A program made the position numbers and the translations under genes. From assembly GCA_963641945.1 (NCBI GenBank), contig CAVIDW010000004.1, positions 2,462-66,461 of the forward strand: DNA of 64,000 nucleotides. The letters are read 5' to 3'. The notes beneath the pieces are model-generated. The model searched no databases. It was not told the origin of the DNA and was given only the letters and a program-made list of their open reading frames with translations. Numbering within the stretch: the first letter of the stretch is position 1; the number at the start of each line of letters is the position of its first letter. The DNA is from a bacterium (lineage in GTDB: Bacteria; Bacillota_I; Bacilli_A; RF39; UBA660). Shown here piece after piece: positions 48,039-56,637 of this stretch.

Positions 48039-49475
48039 CTATAAATTAAGTTTTGTAGAATCCGTTAATTTTCTTTCATGTTTTTTAGTACTACCATTAG
48101 ATAAGCAAGACTTATAATTCGATACTCTAGATATTGTTTCAATGAAATTAGATTTGGAAGAAGATAATTTTTTAAGTTTTAAAGCATACTCCATCATTTC
48201 AGAATCACCATTACATTTTTCCATTATTTCTTTACTGTCTTTGAGTGCATTCTCACAAGATAGTATTTGATAATTTAATATAGTGTTTATTTCCTCAACA
48301 AGCATAAATATTTCTTCTCTATCATCACCAGAAACCAAAGCTTTCCTTAATGCATTTCTATATTTAAATAAACAATATGAAGTTCTTCTTTTTCCATGAG
48401 AATCATAAATTAAATTCAAAAACGGGAAATTCTTCTTACTATTTTTAATATATTTTATTATTTTACTTATATTTTCATCAAACACAATATCAATATCATT
48501 AAGTTTACCATCTACCACTCTGTTCCTAGAATTATGCTTAATAACATCATTTTTAGCATTATACTCACCAGATACATAATATGCTCCTAAATAATCCATA
48601 AATTTCCTACAAATTTTATCAGCATTAATTCTTGCATATAATTCAAATAATATATATGGGTAATTACCATTATAATAATTTGCTTTAGTTCGTGATAGCA
48701 AAAAATCTTTAAAAAATATTATTTCATCATATTTAGGATATATTTGACTACACAATTGTTCATTTTGAAATAAGTGTTCAAACTCATGAAAAATTGTATT
48801 AAACAACATATATGATTCAGTATAAGGATAATTACAAAAATCTGTAACCAAATCCATTGCAACAAAAATAACATGCTCTCGGTAATAACCACATATATCA
48901 TTTCTATTTTTAAACATAACATTACATCTAGTATTATTTTTTTTAGAATAATTATAAACAAAATCGATAATTATTTTTTTAGCTATATTGGTTGACATAT
49001 CTCTATGATAATAAATAACATACTTCAAATATAAAATCAAATACTCTTGTGGAATAGTCGCTAAACTATAATTAATTATAAATCCTAAATATTCTAAATC
49101 TTTAATATTTAAATTATTATTAAACTTAGATAATTCATTTAACAATCTTTTTTTATAATTAGTTTCTTCAATATAGCTATTTATTATCTGTAATAATATT
49201 TTAACATAATTTTGAGTCCATTCTTCATTTTTATTATTTTGCAAAGAAACCTCAAGCATATTTTTATATTCTTTTATTAATCCATAAAAATTAGTAAATA
49301 AATTTTCTTTAAAACCATCCTGAGCAAGTCTAAAAATATGTGTTAATACTCCTATTGGAATTATAGAATTATTACTTAAACAATTATAAATTTGATTAGA
49401 CAAAATATTATCTAAATTTTCATTAGAACTATCGACATCAAATATTCCTTCCATAAATCCCCCATTTTTATTCAC
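48039..49475 (-). CDS. Hypothetical protein with an HExxH motif
   Basis: 478 aa with no signal or TM segment. FHEFEHLFQ is the only recognisable motif. It lies 34 nt downstream of the SUKH-type gene. Confidence 0.4.
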   Translation of the reverse strand: MNKNGGFMEGIFDVDSSNENLDNILSNQIYNCLSNNSIIPIGVLTHIFRLAQDGFKENLFTNFYGLIKEYKNMLEVSLQNNKNEEWTQNYVKILLQIINSYIEETNYKKRLLNELSKFNNNLNIKDLEYLGFIINYSLATIPQEYLILYLKYVIYYHRDMSTNIAKKIIIDFVYNYSKKNNTRCNVMFKNRNDICGYYREHVIFVAMDLVTDFCNYPYTESYMLFNTIFHEFEHLFQNEQLCSQIYPKYDEIIFFKDFLLSRTKANYYNGNYPYILFELYARINADKICRKFMDYLGAYYVSGEYNAKNDVIKHNSRNRVVDGKLNDIDIVFDENISKIIKYIKNSKKNFPFLNLIYDSHGKRRTSYCLFKYRNALRKALVSGDDREEIFMLVEEINTILNYQILSCENALKDSKEIMEKCNGDSEMMEYALKLKKLSSSKSNFIETISRVSNYKSCLSNGSTKKHERKLTDSTKLNL

Positions 49476-49509
49476 TTAAAAAGTGAGCATATTATACCAC
49501 AAACCATCA

Positions 49510-49926
49510 TTAATGTAAACTATTAAAAAAATCTTCTATACTTTCAGCGAGAATATATTCATCATTTAAATTAATATCATCATTCAATAAATTAATATAA
49601 ACCACATAATTTCTATGTAAACAATAATACCCATTATAAGAATCACAACCAAATGGTATATAACCTTTAGGTATAAAATAATCGGCTATATCAAAAATGC
49701 TATCATCATCTTCTACATTAAAAGATAATAATTTATTAAAATCATTTTCTTCATCATCATATAAAGTACACATATATGGATTTGGAAAACCACCATTATT
49801 TTCACTCATTATTTTCTTTAAATAAAGTGGAAATTTTATAGAATATTTTTTTTCAAACTTATCTATTGCCTTTACATCTTTTAATTTTTTACTATATTCC
49901 CATTTAATCATTTTCATAAATATCAC
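49510..49926 (-). CDS. SMI1/KNR4 (SUKH-1) family protein
   Basis: About 135 aa. ...IDKFEKKYSIKFPLYLKKIMSENNGG... and ...IPFGCDSYNGYYCL... fit the SUKH-1 pattern. Confidence 0.65.
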   Translation of the reverse strand: MIFMKMIKWEYSKKLKDVKAIDKFEKKYSIKFPLYLKKIMSENNGGFPNPYMCTLYDDEENDFNKLLSFNVEDDDSIFDIADYFIPKGYIPFGCDSYNGYYCLHRNYVVYINLLNDDINLNDEYILAESIEDFFNSLH

Positions 49927-50019
49927 ATTAAATATTTTACCACAACATTAAATGTATAGAACATATTAAACACTTTTTATTTTACATAAATTAATGTATA
50001 ATGTTTTTTGGTGATTTAC

Positions 50020-51285
50020 ATGAAAAAAATAGTATTAGCTTCAAACAATAAACATAAAATAACGGAAATAAGTCAAATATTAAAAGATCAAGAGATTATC
50101 TCTATGAAAGAAATTGGATTTAATGAGAAAATAGTTGAAGATGGAAATACTTTTTTAGAAAATGCACTAATTAAAGCAAAAACAATAAGTAAATTTTTAA
50201 AAGAAAAAGAATTAAATTATGACGTCTTATCAGATGATAGCGGTCTTTGCTGTGAGGCATTAAATGATAAACCAGGCATTTTTAGTGCAAGATATAAAGA
50301 AAATCATAATGACAAAGCAAATAGAGATAAATTAATAAAAGATTTAAAAGGTAAAAATAATAAAGCATACTTTAATTGCACAATGGTACTTTATCATATA
50401 GATGGCACATATGAACATGCAGATGGAAAAACATTTGGCAAAATTATTGATCACGAAATTGGCGATACATCTTTTGGATATGATTGCATATTTTTATCTG
50501 ATGATTTAAATAAGACATTTGGCAGTGCTACAAGTGAAGAAAAAAACAGTGTATCTCATAGATTTAGAGCTGCAAGTCAAATAAAAGAATATTTAAAAGA
50601 AAAAGACATGAAAATAATTGGAATAGTAGCTAGATCATATTGGAATAAAGATAATCAAAGTATATTACAATTTTATGAAAAAATAAGAACTGCCTTTAGT
50701 AGATATGATAATGTTGCATTAATTGGAATTATGCCGACAGACAAAAGAACTTACACAGAAATAACTAGAGGTGATGATAAACTTGATAATACTAAATTAA
50801 ATAGTGTTTTAGATAAATGTAATGGTTTTATAGTTCCTGGAGGTACATATCATCAAAATTTAGATGAATATGTTATAAACTATGCTATAAAAAATGATAA
50901 GCCATTGTTAGGAATTTGTTTAGGCTTTCAAATAATGTGCAGTATGTTCTCAAAAAATAGACAAAAGTATGACATGTCTATAGTTATACCAAATGATAAT
51001 CATTTTAAACCAAATATTAAAAAAGCACACAAAATCAAAATAAAAGAAGATACACTATTAAAAAAAATACTAAAAAAAGAAGAAATTTTCGTTAATAGTG
51101 TACATCATACATGCATAAACAATGAATTAAAAAATTTAGTAATTTCATCATTTAGTGAAGATAATATATTAGAAAGTGTAGAATATCCAAACAAAAAATT
51201 TATAATGGGTTTACAATGGCATCCAGAAGCAATAATGGATAAAGATAGTATTAAAATATTAGATTATTTTATTGATAAAATGTAA
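50020..51285 (+). CDS. Fusion protein: RdgB/HAM1 non-canonical NTP pyrophosphatase plus class I glutamine amidotransferase-like (peptidase C26) domain
   Basis: The N-terminal half carries ASNNKHK, SDDSGLCCEALNDKPGIFSARY, FGYDCIF and SHR. The C-terminal half carries GICLGFQIM (nucleophile Cys) and GLQWHPE. It is one uninterrupted ORF. Confidence 0.8.
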   Translation: MKKIVLASNNKHKITEISQILKDQEIISMKEIGFNEKIVEDGNTFLENALIKAKTISKFLKEKELNYDVLSDDSGLCCEALNDKPGIFSARYKENHNDKANRDKLIKDLKGKNNKAYFNCTMVLYHIDGTYEHADGKTFGKIIDHEIGDTSFGYDCIFLSDDLNKTFGSATSEEKNSVSHRFRAASQIKEYLKEKDMKIIGIVARSYWNKDNQSILQFYEKIRTAFSRYDNVALIGIMPTDKRTYTEITRGDDKLDNTKLNSVLDKCNGFIVPGGTYHQNLDEYVINYAIKNDKPLLGICLGFQIMCSMFSKNRQKYDMSIVIPNDNHFKPNIKKAHKIKIKEDTLLKKILKKEEIFVNSVHHTCINNELKNLVISSFSEDNILESVEYPNKKFIMGLQWHPEAIMDKDSIKILDYFIDKM

Positions 51286-51287
51286 AG

Positions 51288-51315
51288 ATGTTAGAACACT
51301 CTAACTTCTTTTTTA
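51288..51315 (+). terminator. Intrinsic terminator after the rdgB fusion gene
   Basis: gttaga-acac-tctaac hairpin followed by a T-rich run. Confidence 0.55.
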
Positions 51316-51848
51316 AAATTCTTTATTTTTATAAATTTTAACAGATATAAAATAAGAAATAATAATTATCAATAAAGAAATAATTATTGTAATGACAAAA
51401 AATAAACTAACAAGAGAATCAAAATAATTAATAATTTTATCAAAAATTATTATTCTTGATAATACACTACCAATCATACTTATTTCTATAACCAAGCCAA
51501 ATATTATTAGTCTTCCATTCATAGCTCCATATTTATACATCAAAGGGTATAATAAAGATACAACAACTACGCACGCAAATATAGAACCAACTAAAGAAAA
51601 AATTATATTACTCATATCTAAAGATTTATTACTATAACCAACACTTAAAGCTAATAAAAATGATATGCTTTAACTGCCTCTTTTCTATCATTAGGCAAAG
51701 TAGAAACATAAGCATTAAATTTATTAAACTCGTCATAACTAAAAGTAGAAACAAACATCATAACACTAAATATAGGCATAATAACTAAAATATCAGAACT
51801 ATTATCTTTAATAGACAATAAACTTAATGCTACTAAAACAATAAACAA
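51313..51848 (-). pseudogene. ABC-2 permease remnants (YtrC/D-like)
   Basis: Two hydrophobic fragments (51651-51848, with SYDEFNKFNAYVSTLP, and 51313-51615) are separated by stops. Confidence 0.5.
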
Positions 51849-51897
51849 AACTTTAGTATTTGATTTTATAACTAATAAATTTTTTTAATTAATCCTT

Positions 51898-52600
51898 TCA
51901 TTTCTCTACCCCCTTTATTACAAGTAACATTAAATCATCTAAAGTTATATCATCAACAATATCATCTTTATTTTCATTTAAAATAATATTTCCTATATTA
52001 ATAAATATGTTCTTATCAGCTATTTGTTCTAAATCACTTGTTATATGAGTAGATAATAAATTAGTATGTTCTTCATCTTCAACAAATTTCAAGAACAAAT
52101 CTAATATTTCACTTCTCACAATTGGATCAAGTCCACAAATAGGTTCATCTAAAATCAATAGTTAAGGTTTATGAAATATCTCTAATTTCTTTTTCATGCC
52201 TTTAGATAATTCTTTAATTGGTTTATCTGCTTGTAATTTAAATTCATTAATATATTTATAGAACATTTCACTATCCCAACAACTATAAATATCAAACATT
52301 ATTATATCAATATCTTTAGCAGTAAATACTTCAGGAAAAAATGATTCATCTAAAACAACACCAATATCATTTTTAATACTTTCATCAGTATAATTTTTAT
52401 TAAGTATTTTAATAATATTTAAAATACTTTTTATAAAAGTAGTTTTTCCCACTCCATTTTCACCAATTAAGTCAACAATTAAACCTGATGATATTTTGAG
52501 TTTATCCAAATCAAGTTCAAACCATTCTTATATTTTTTCTTAAATTTTAAACCTCTATAACATTTTTCATTTTTCTTCACTTCAAATATACTCAAAAGTA
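51898..52600 (-). pseudogene. ABC transporter ATP-binding protein, disrupted
   Basis: Walker A GENGVGKTT and signature LSKGMKKKL are separated from Walker B LLILDEP by an in-frame TAA at 52162-52164. The N-terminus is also frameshifted, at an A3/T3 run near 52519-52521. Confidence 0.7.
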
Positions 52601-52618
52601 TCAATAATATCTTTTTTA

Positions 52619-52945
52619 TCACTTGTTATATTTTTTAGATATATCTATTATTTTATTAATATATTCTTCTATCTCTTTTTGCTTTTGTTCAAGAGATAAC
52701 TCTTGGTTTCTAGAAGCAACAAAACAGCCCTTACCTTGTTAAGTAATTATATAACCTTCACTCTCCAATTCATCATATGCTTTCTTAACAGTCATAACAC
52801 TTATCCTTAAATCTTGAGCCAAACTTCTAATAGATGGAAGACTTTCATCTTCTTCTAATTCATTAGACAATATTTGTTCAATAATAGAATTTTTAATCTG
52901 TTCAAAAATTGGTATATAACTATTATTACTTATAATTAAATTCAT
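52619..52945 (-). pseudogene. GntR-family (YtrA-like) transcriptional regulator with an in-frame stop
   Basis: The wHTH reads LPSIRSLAQDLRISVMTVKKAYDELESEGYIIT. It is followed by a TAA (52739-52741), and the same frame then continues QGKGCFVASRN... Confidence 0.7.
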
Positions 52946-53026
52946 AACATACTCCTCATTACATATAACAGTATATAACAATTGCCAAACTATAAAAAAA
53001 TTATTAAAGAATACTTTAATAATTAA

Positions 53027-53290
53027 TTATCTAGATCTTCTTTCAGAAACATCTTTTTCATTATATCTTCCATCACCAAGAACCCAATTAGTTTCTAACT
53101 CTTCAAGACTAATTTCACGACTAATAGTTGGTTTAGTAGTTACATCTAAAACGAGTATAACACTTACTCCATTTCTACGCACAATATATTTAAATATTTG
53201 ATCAACATGTTTTTGATTATTTTCACGTTTAACTAAAAAAGTCCCAACTGGATAAGGAAAAGTCACAGTAAAAGGATTATTCATAATCAC
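53027..53290 (-). CDS. Hypothetical protein
   Basis: 87-aa ORF with no recognisable motif. Confidence 0.3.
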   Translation of the reverse strand: MIMNNPFTVTFPYPVGTFLVKRENNQKHVDQIFKYIVRRNGVSVILVLDVTTKPTISREISLEELETNWVLGDGRYNEKDVSERRSR

Positions 53291-53467
53291 ACCCCCTCAA
53301 ATTTAGGCATATTATATCACAAATTTCTAAAAAATGAAAGAAATAATTAATTCCATTTAAATTTATTAAGTGTTAAACATAAGTTTCAATATAATTAACT
53401 AAGCTATTTTCATAAAGACAAAAATAATAAAATATCTATATTATTAATAACATAATTTATACCATTC

Positions 53468-53989
53468 CTAAACAAAGTTATAAAACAAAGTAAATAATTG
53501 AACTATAGAAATAGAAATTAAAAAACAACTTAATAAAATATAAAGAAAACACACATTTTTTAAACGATTACTAATATTATAAATAATAGTTAAAATAATA
53601 CCAATAATTGTCAGAATAATAGAACTACCAATCCACATATAAATATTTGAACCAGAATCACTAACAACTGGATTCTTTAAAATATAAGTTATTTGATTCA
53701 ATAATATAATACATATTCCAGTCAACCCATGACTAAAAAGAAAAAGTATACCCATGCCTTGAACAAATAACCCTACACATAAACCACCAATAAAGAAAGC
53801 CAATCCAAAATAATAAAACGGAAAATTATTAACATTATATTTAAAACTAGTTAATCCAATTAATATTAACAATAAGGCAAAAATTATTAATAGTTTTATA
53901 AATATTTTATGATCATTTTTAGGTTCTAATGTCTTTTTTGATATTTTATAATCATCTTTTGCCTCTAATGAACAAATAATATTTTTCAT
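53468..53989 (-). CDS. Hypothetical membrane protein
   Basis: 173 aa with four hydrophobic segments. The frame stays open upstream, and an ATG at 54066 would join it if the T5 run at 54035-54039 were one nucleotide longer. Confidence 0.4.
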   Translation of the reverse strand: MKNIICSLEAKDDYKISKKTLEPKNDHKIFIKLLIIFALLLILIGLTSFKYNVNNFPFYYFGLAFFIGGLCVGLFVQGMGILFLFSHGLTGICIILLNQITYILKNPVVSDSGSNIYMWIGSSIILTIIGIILTIIYNISNRLKNVCFLYILLSCFLISISIVQLFTLFYNFV

Positions 53990-54232
53990 AAATATAAAAG
54001 TTGCATCAGTTTTTTCATAATAAATCTTTTCTAATTTTTCATTACATTTTCAAAATCACCATTCATACGACACCTACTATATATAAATTGTATACTATTT
54101 TAAAAAAAATTTAAATAAAATAACAATAACTTTACTTTATTATAATATTTTCTATAACAAATGAATAATTAATTTTACTATTTTTATTAAAAAAATTGTG
54201 ATTCATATAATTTTTCAGCCTTAAATCAAACA

Positions 54233-54262
54233 AAAAACACGAATAAATTCTTTTCGTGCTTT
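54233..54262 (-). terminator. Intrinsic terminator downstream of tRNA-Trp
   Basis: On the minus strand: cacgaa-N9-ttcgtg followed by TTTTTT. Confidence 0.5.
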
Positions 54263-54302
54263 TATATATATTTACTCCATACTTATGAAGCATATTTACA
54301 TA

Positions 54303-54377
54303 TGGCAGGGGTAGAAGGACTCGAACCCTCCCCAACGGTTTTGGAGACCGGCATGCTACCACTGACACCATACCCCT
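54303..54377 (-). tRNA. tRNA-Trp (anticodon CCA), CCA encoded
   Basis: The reverse complement folds as a cloverleaf. The acceptor stem is AGGGGTA/TACCCCT and the anticodon loop is CTCCAAA. The T arm is GAGGG-TTCGAGT-CCTTC and the 3' end is GCCA. Confidence 0.9.
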
Positions 54378-54389
54378 AGTACAAAAACA

Positions 54390-54418
54390 ATTATACTATA
54401 GGTTTTTTGGTTTATCAA
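54390..54418 (-). promoter_or_regulatory. SigA-type promoter of tRNA-Trp
   Basis: On the minus strand: TTGATA (54418-54413), a 17-nt spacer, then TATAAT (54395-54390), ending 12 nt before the tRNA. Confidence 0.6.
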
Positions 54419-54445
54419 CCAAAAAAAGAAAAAAATCAAGAAATT

Positions 54446-55876
54446 TTATTTTCTTGGACCATATTTATAATTATTTAAACTGTTAATACTAGACAAATAA
54501 TTAGCATAACATTCTATAAGTTCTTCTTCATTCATACGTTCAATATTAAATCCAGCAATTTGAAGATTACTTTTAATTGTACTAACAAACGAAAATTTAT
54601 CAAAATTACTTAACATTTTACGATAATTTGTAGAATCATTAGGATTTAAAGAACCTCTTGAAAATCTCATTGTACCACCAAAATAATAGAAATCACTTAA
54701 CGCAAATTTTAATTGCTTTGACCCATATTTTTGAAGAGTAGCATTACATATATCATGCAAATTAGTACCCAAAGTATTTCCAAATGAAATAGATGTGAAT
54801 CTTTTTACTAACGTTATTAAATCAGTTTTATCTACATTACCAAATCTCTTTGAAACAGTGTTATAAATCATGTCAAATATTTCTCTATTAGTAGTATTGT
54901 CTTTAAGTCGTTTTCTCAAATCTGTTCCACCTGAAGTAAAAGAACTATAGTCACCACTATTTATTGCTTTGATAATAGCATAGTTAACCTGCTCAACACC
55001 ATATTTATTATATGTAGCAGTTACAGTTTTCATAAAAATATCTTCCTTTTGTTTAGATGTTAACTGAAAACCAACTTTAAAGTCATTATAAGGTTTTTGA
55101 AATTGGCCTTTACCAAATCCTACAGCTTCTAAATATGCAGATTTTATACTACTATAATACTCATTATTTTTAAACAAAGAATCAAATTCTTCATTAAAAT
55201 CATTAATATTAACACTATTCTTATGCAAATTCCTATTAATAAACTTTGCTATTCCATCAGCAATTTCATGATTATATGAAAATCCTTCCTCATACATAAG
55301 ACCTATTCCATTATAATTTGGAACAAATGGATTTGTTTTATTCAAGCCAGCCTTTATATATTTATTATTATTACAAAAATCTATAATTCTATATGCATTC
55401 TCAGTGTCTTCTAATGGCAATCTAATTACAACATTATCATTTCTTAAATCCATCCCTACTTTTGAAGCATGAGCCATATTTAATGATGTTATAAAATCAA
55501 ACAATTCATTAACACCTTTAGATAAATGTTCATAATCAAGAGGAACATATATTTTAATATCTCTTGCACCAAAGCCTACTAATTCCATTTTATTCGTAAA
55601 CTGACAAAAATATCTCCAATTTTCGGCTCTAAAAACATTTATACCGCGAACTTCTTTAAATCTTTCAATCCACGTATAAAACAAATTTTCAATATATTGT
55701 TTTTTATTATGATCATTATTTTTGATATTAGTTCTGCACAATAAATAATATACATCATCTGTAGATAAAATTTTATTATTTTGTTTTGAAATAGAAAGTA
55801 TCATATTTAGAAAATTATTCATTTCATTAATTCTAGGTGAATCTAAAGAAATACCTGTATTAGGTAAACTACTCAT
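54446..55876 (-). CDS. Hypothetical protein (about 476 aa) with an internally duplicated C-terminal module
   Basis: The ATG at 55876 lies 8 nt after the strong RBS GGAGGA. I recognise no family. Two related C-terminal segments are present: ..TATYNKYGVEQVNYAI.....FTSGG..LRKRL and ..NATLQKYGSKQLKFAL.....FGGTMRFSRG..YRKML. Confidence 0.5.
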   Translation of the reverse strand: MSSLPNTGISLDSPRINEMNNFLNMILSISKQNNKILSTDDVYYLLCRTNIKNNDHNKKQYIENLFYTWIERFKEVRGINVFRAENWRYFCQFTNKMELVGFGARDIKIYVPLDYEHLSKGVNELFDFITSLNMAHASKVGMDLRNDNVVIRLPLEDTENAYRIIDFCNNNKYIKAGLNKTNPFVPNYNGIGLMYEEGFSYNHEIADGIAKFINRNLHKNSVNINDFNEEFDSLFKNNEYYSSIKSAYLEAVGFGKGQFQKPYNDFKVGFQLTSKQKEDIFMKTVTATYNKYGVEQVNYAIIKAINSGDYSSFTSGGTDLRKRLKDNTTNREIFDMIYNTVSKRFGNVDKTDLITLVKRFTSISFGNTLGTNLHDICNATLQKYGSKQLKFALSDFYYFGGTMRFSRGSLNPNDSTNYRKMLSNFDKFSFVSTIKSNLQIAGFNIERMNEEELIECYANYLSSINSLNNYKYGPRK

Positions 55877-56069
55877 TTTTTTCTTCCTCCAAATCAAGTT
55901 TTAAATCTGTAATAGTATCTTCTAAAGCATTTTTAATTTCATCAGTGTTAATAACAACTGTATCATCTAAATCATCAATATTATGAATTGATATTCCAGT
56001 TTTTCCTTCTGAACTTTCATCTTCAATTACTATAGTTTCATTTCCATATTTTAATATTTTCATAAACAT
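55869..56069 (-). CDS. Small highly acidic hypothetical protein
   Basis: 66 aa and rich in Asp/Glu. Its stop overlaps the start of the downstream gene by 8 nt, which suggests translational coupling. Confidence 0.4.
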   Translation of the reverse strand: MFMKILKYGNETIVIEDESSEGKTGISIHNIDDLDDTVVINTDEIKNALEDTITDLKLDLEEEKNE

Positions 56070-56163
56070 ATACTCCTTATAAATATTATATTATAGAGAA
56101 GTTACAAAGTAAAATTATAATGTAAAGATTTACATAATAACATATAATATTTTAGGTGATTAT

Positions 56164-56592
56164 ATGTTAATTAATTATACAACTAAAGAATTAGATATGT
56201 GTGCAAGACTAATGAGAGCAGAAGCTTTAGCAGAAGGAGAACTTGGAATGCTAATGGTAGGAAATGTTATTGTCAATAGAGCCATTGCAAATTGCTTAGA
56301 CTTTAAAAATATAAGAAGTATTAAAGATGTTGTAGCATCAAGTAAAGGGGGTTTTGTAGGATATAATAGCCCTCTTTATAATAGTGGAAGTGCTACATCA
56401 AAAGAAAAAGAATTAGCAAAAAGAGTTTTAAAAGGAGAATACTATTACCCAGCAACAAATGCATTATGGTTTTATTCCCCTTCTAAAAATGCAAATTGCA
56501 AAAATACATGGTTTAATCAAAGAAATGTAGGAAGATATAAAGGGCATTGCTTTTATGCTCCAGACCCTGGTGTGTGTAAAGAATTATATTAA
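56164..56592 (+). CDS. SleB/CwlJ-family cell wall hydrolase (Hydrolase_2 domain)
   Basis: LMRAEALAEGELGMLMVGNVIVNRA...W.Y.P pattern of spore cortex-lytic enzymes. 142 aa. Confidence 0.8.
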   Translation: MLINYTTKELDMCARLMRAEALAEGELGMLMVGNVIVNRAIANCLDFKNIRSIKDVVASSKGGFVGYNSPLYNSGSATSKEKELAKRVLKGEYYYPATNALWFYSPSKNANCKNTWFNQRNVGRYKGHCFYAPDPGVCKELY

Positions 56593-56637
56593 TGATTTTA
56601 CTATAATATTATGATATAATGTACTCACGAGGTAACC

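Noticed and set aside
54132-54371. 79-aa ORF in the track (MVSVVACRSPKPLGRV...)
   Set aside because: Its 5' part is the antisense-free reading of the tRNA-Trp gene itself, and the rest runs through the tRNA terminator and AT-rich spacer. It is a spurious ORF.
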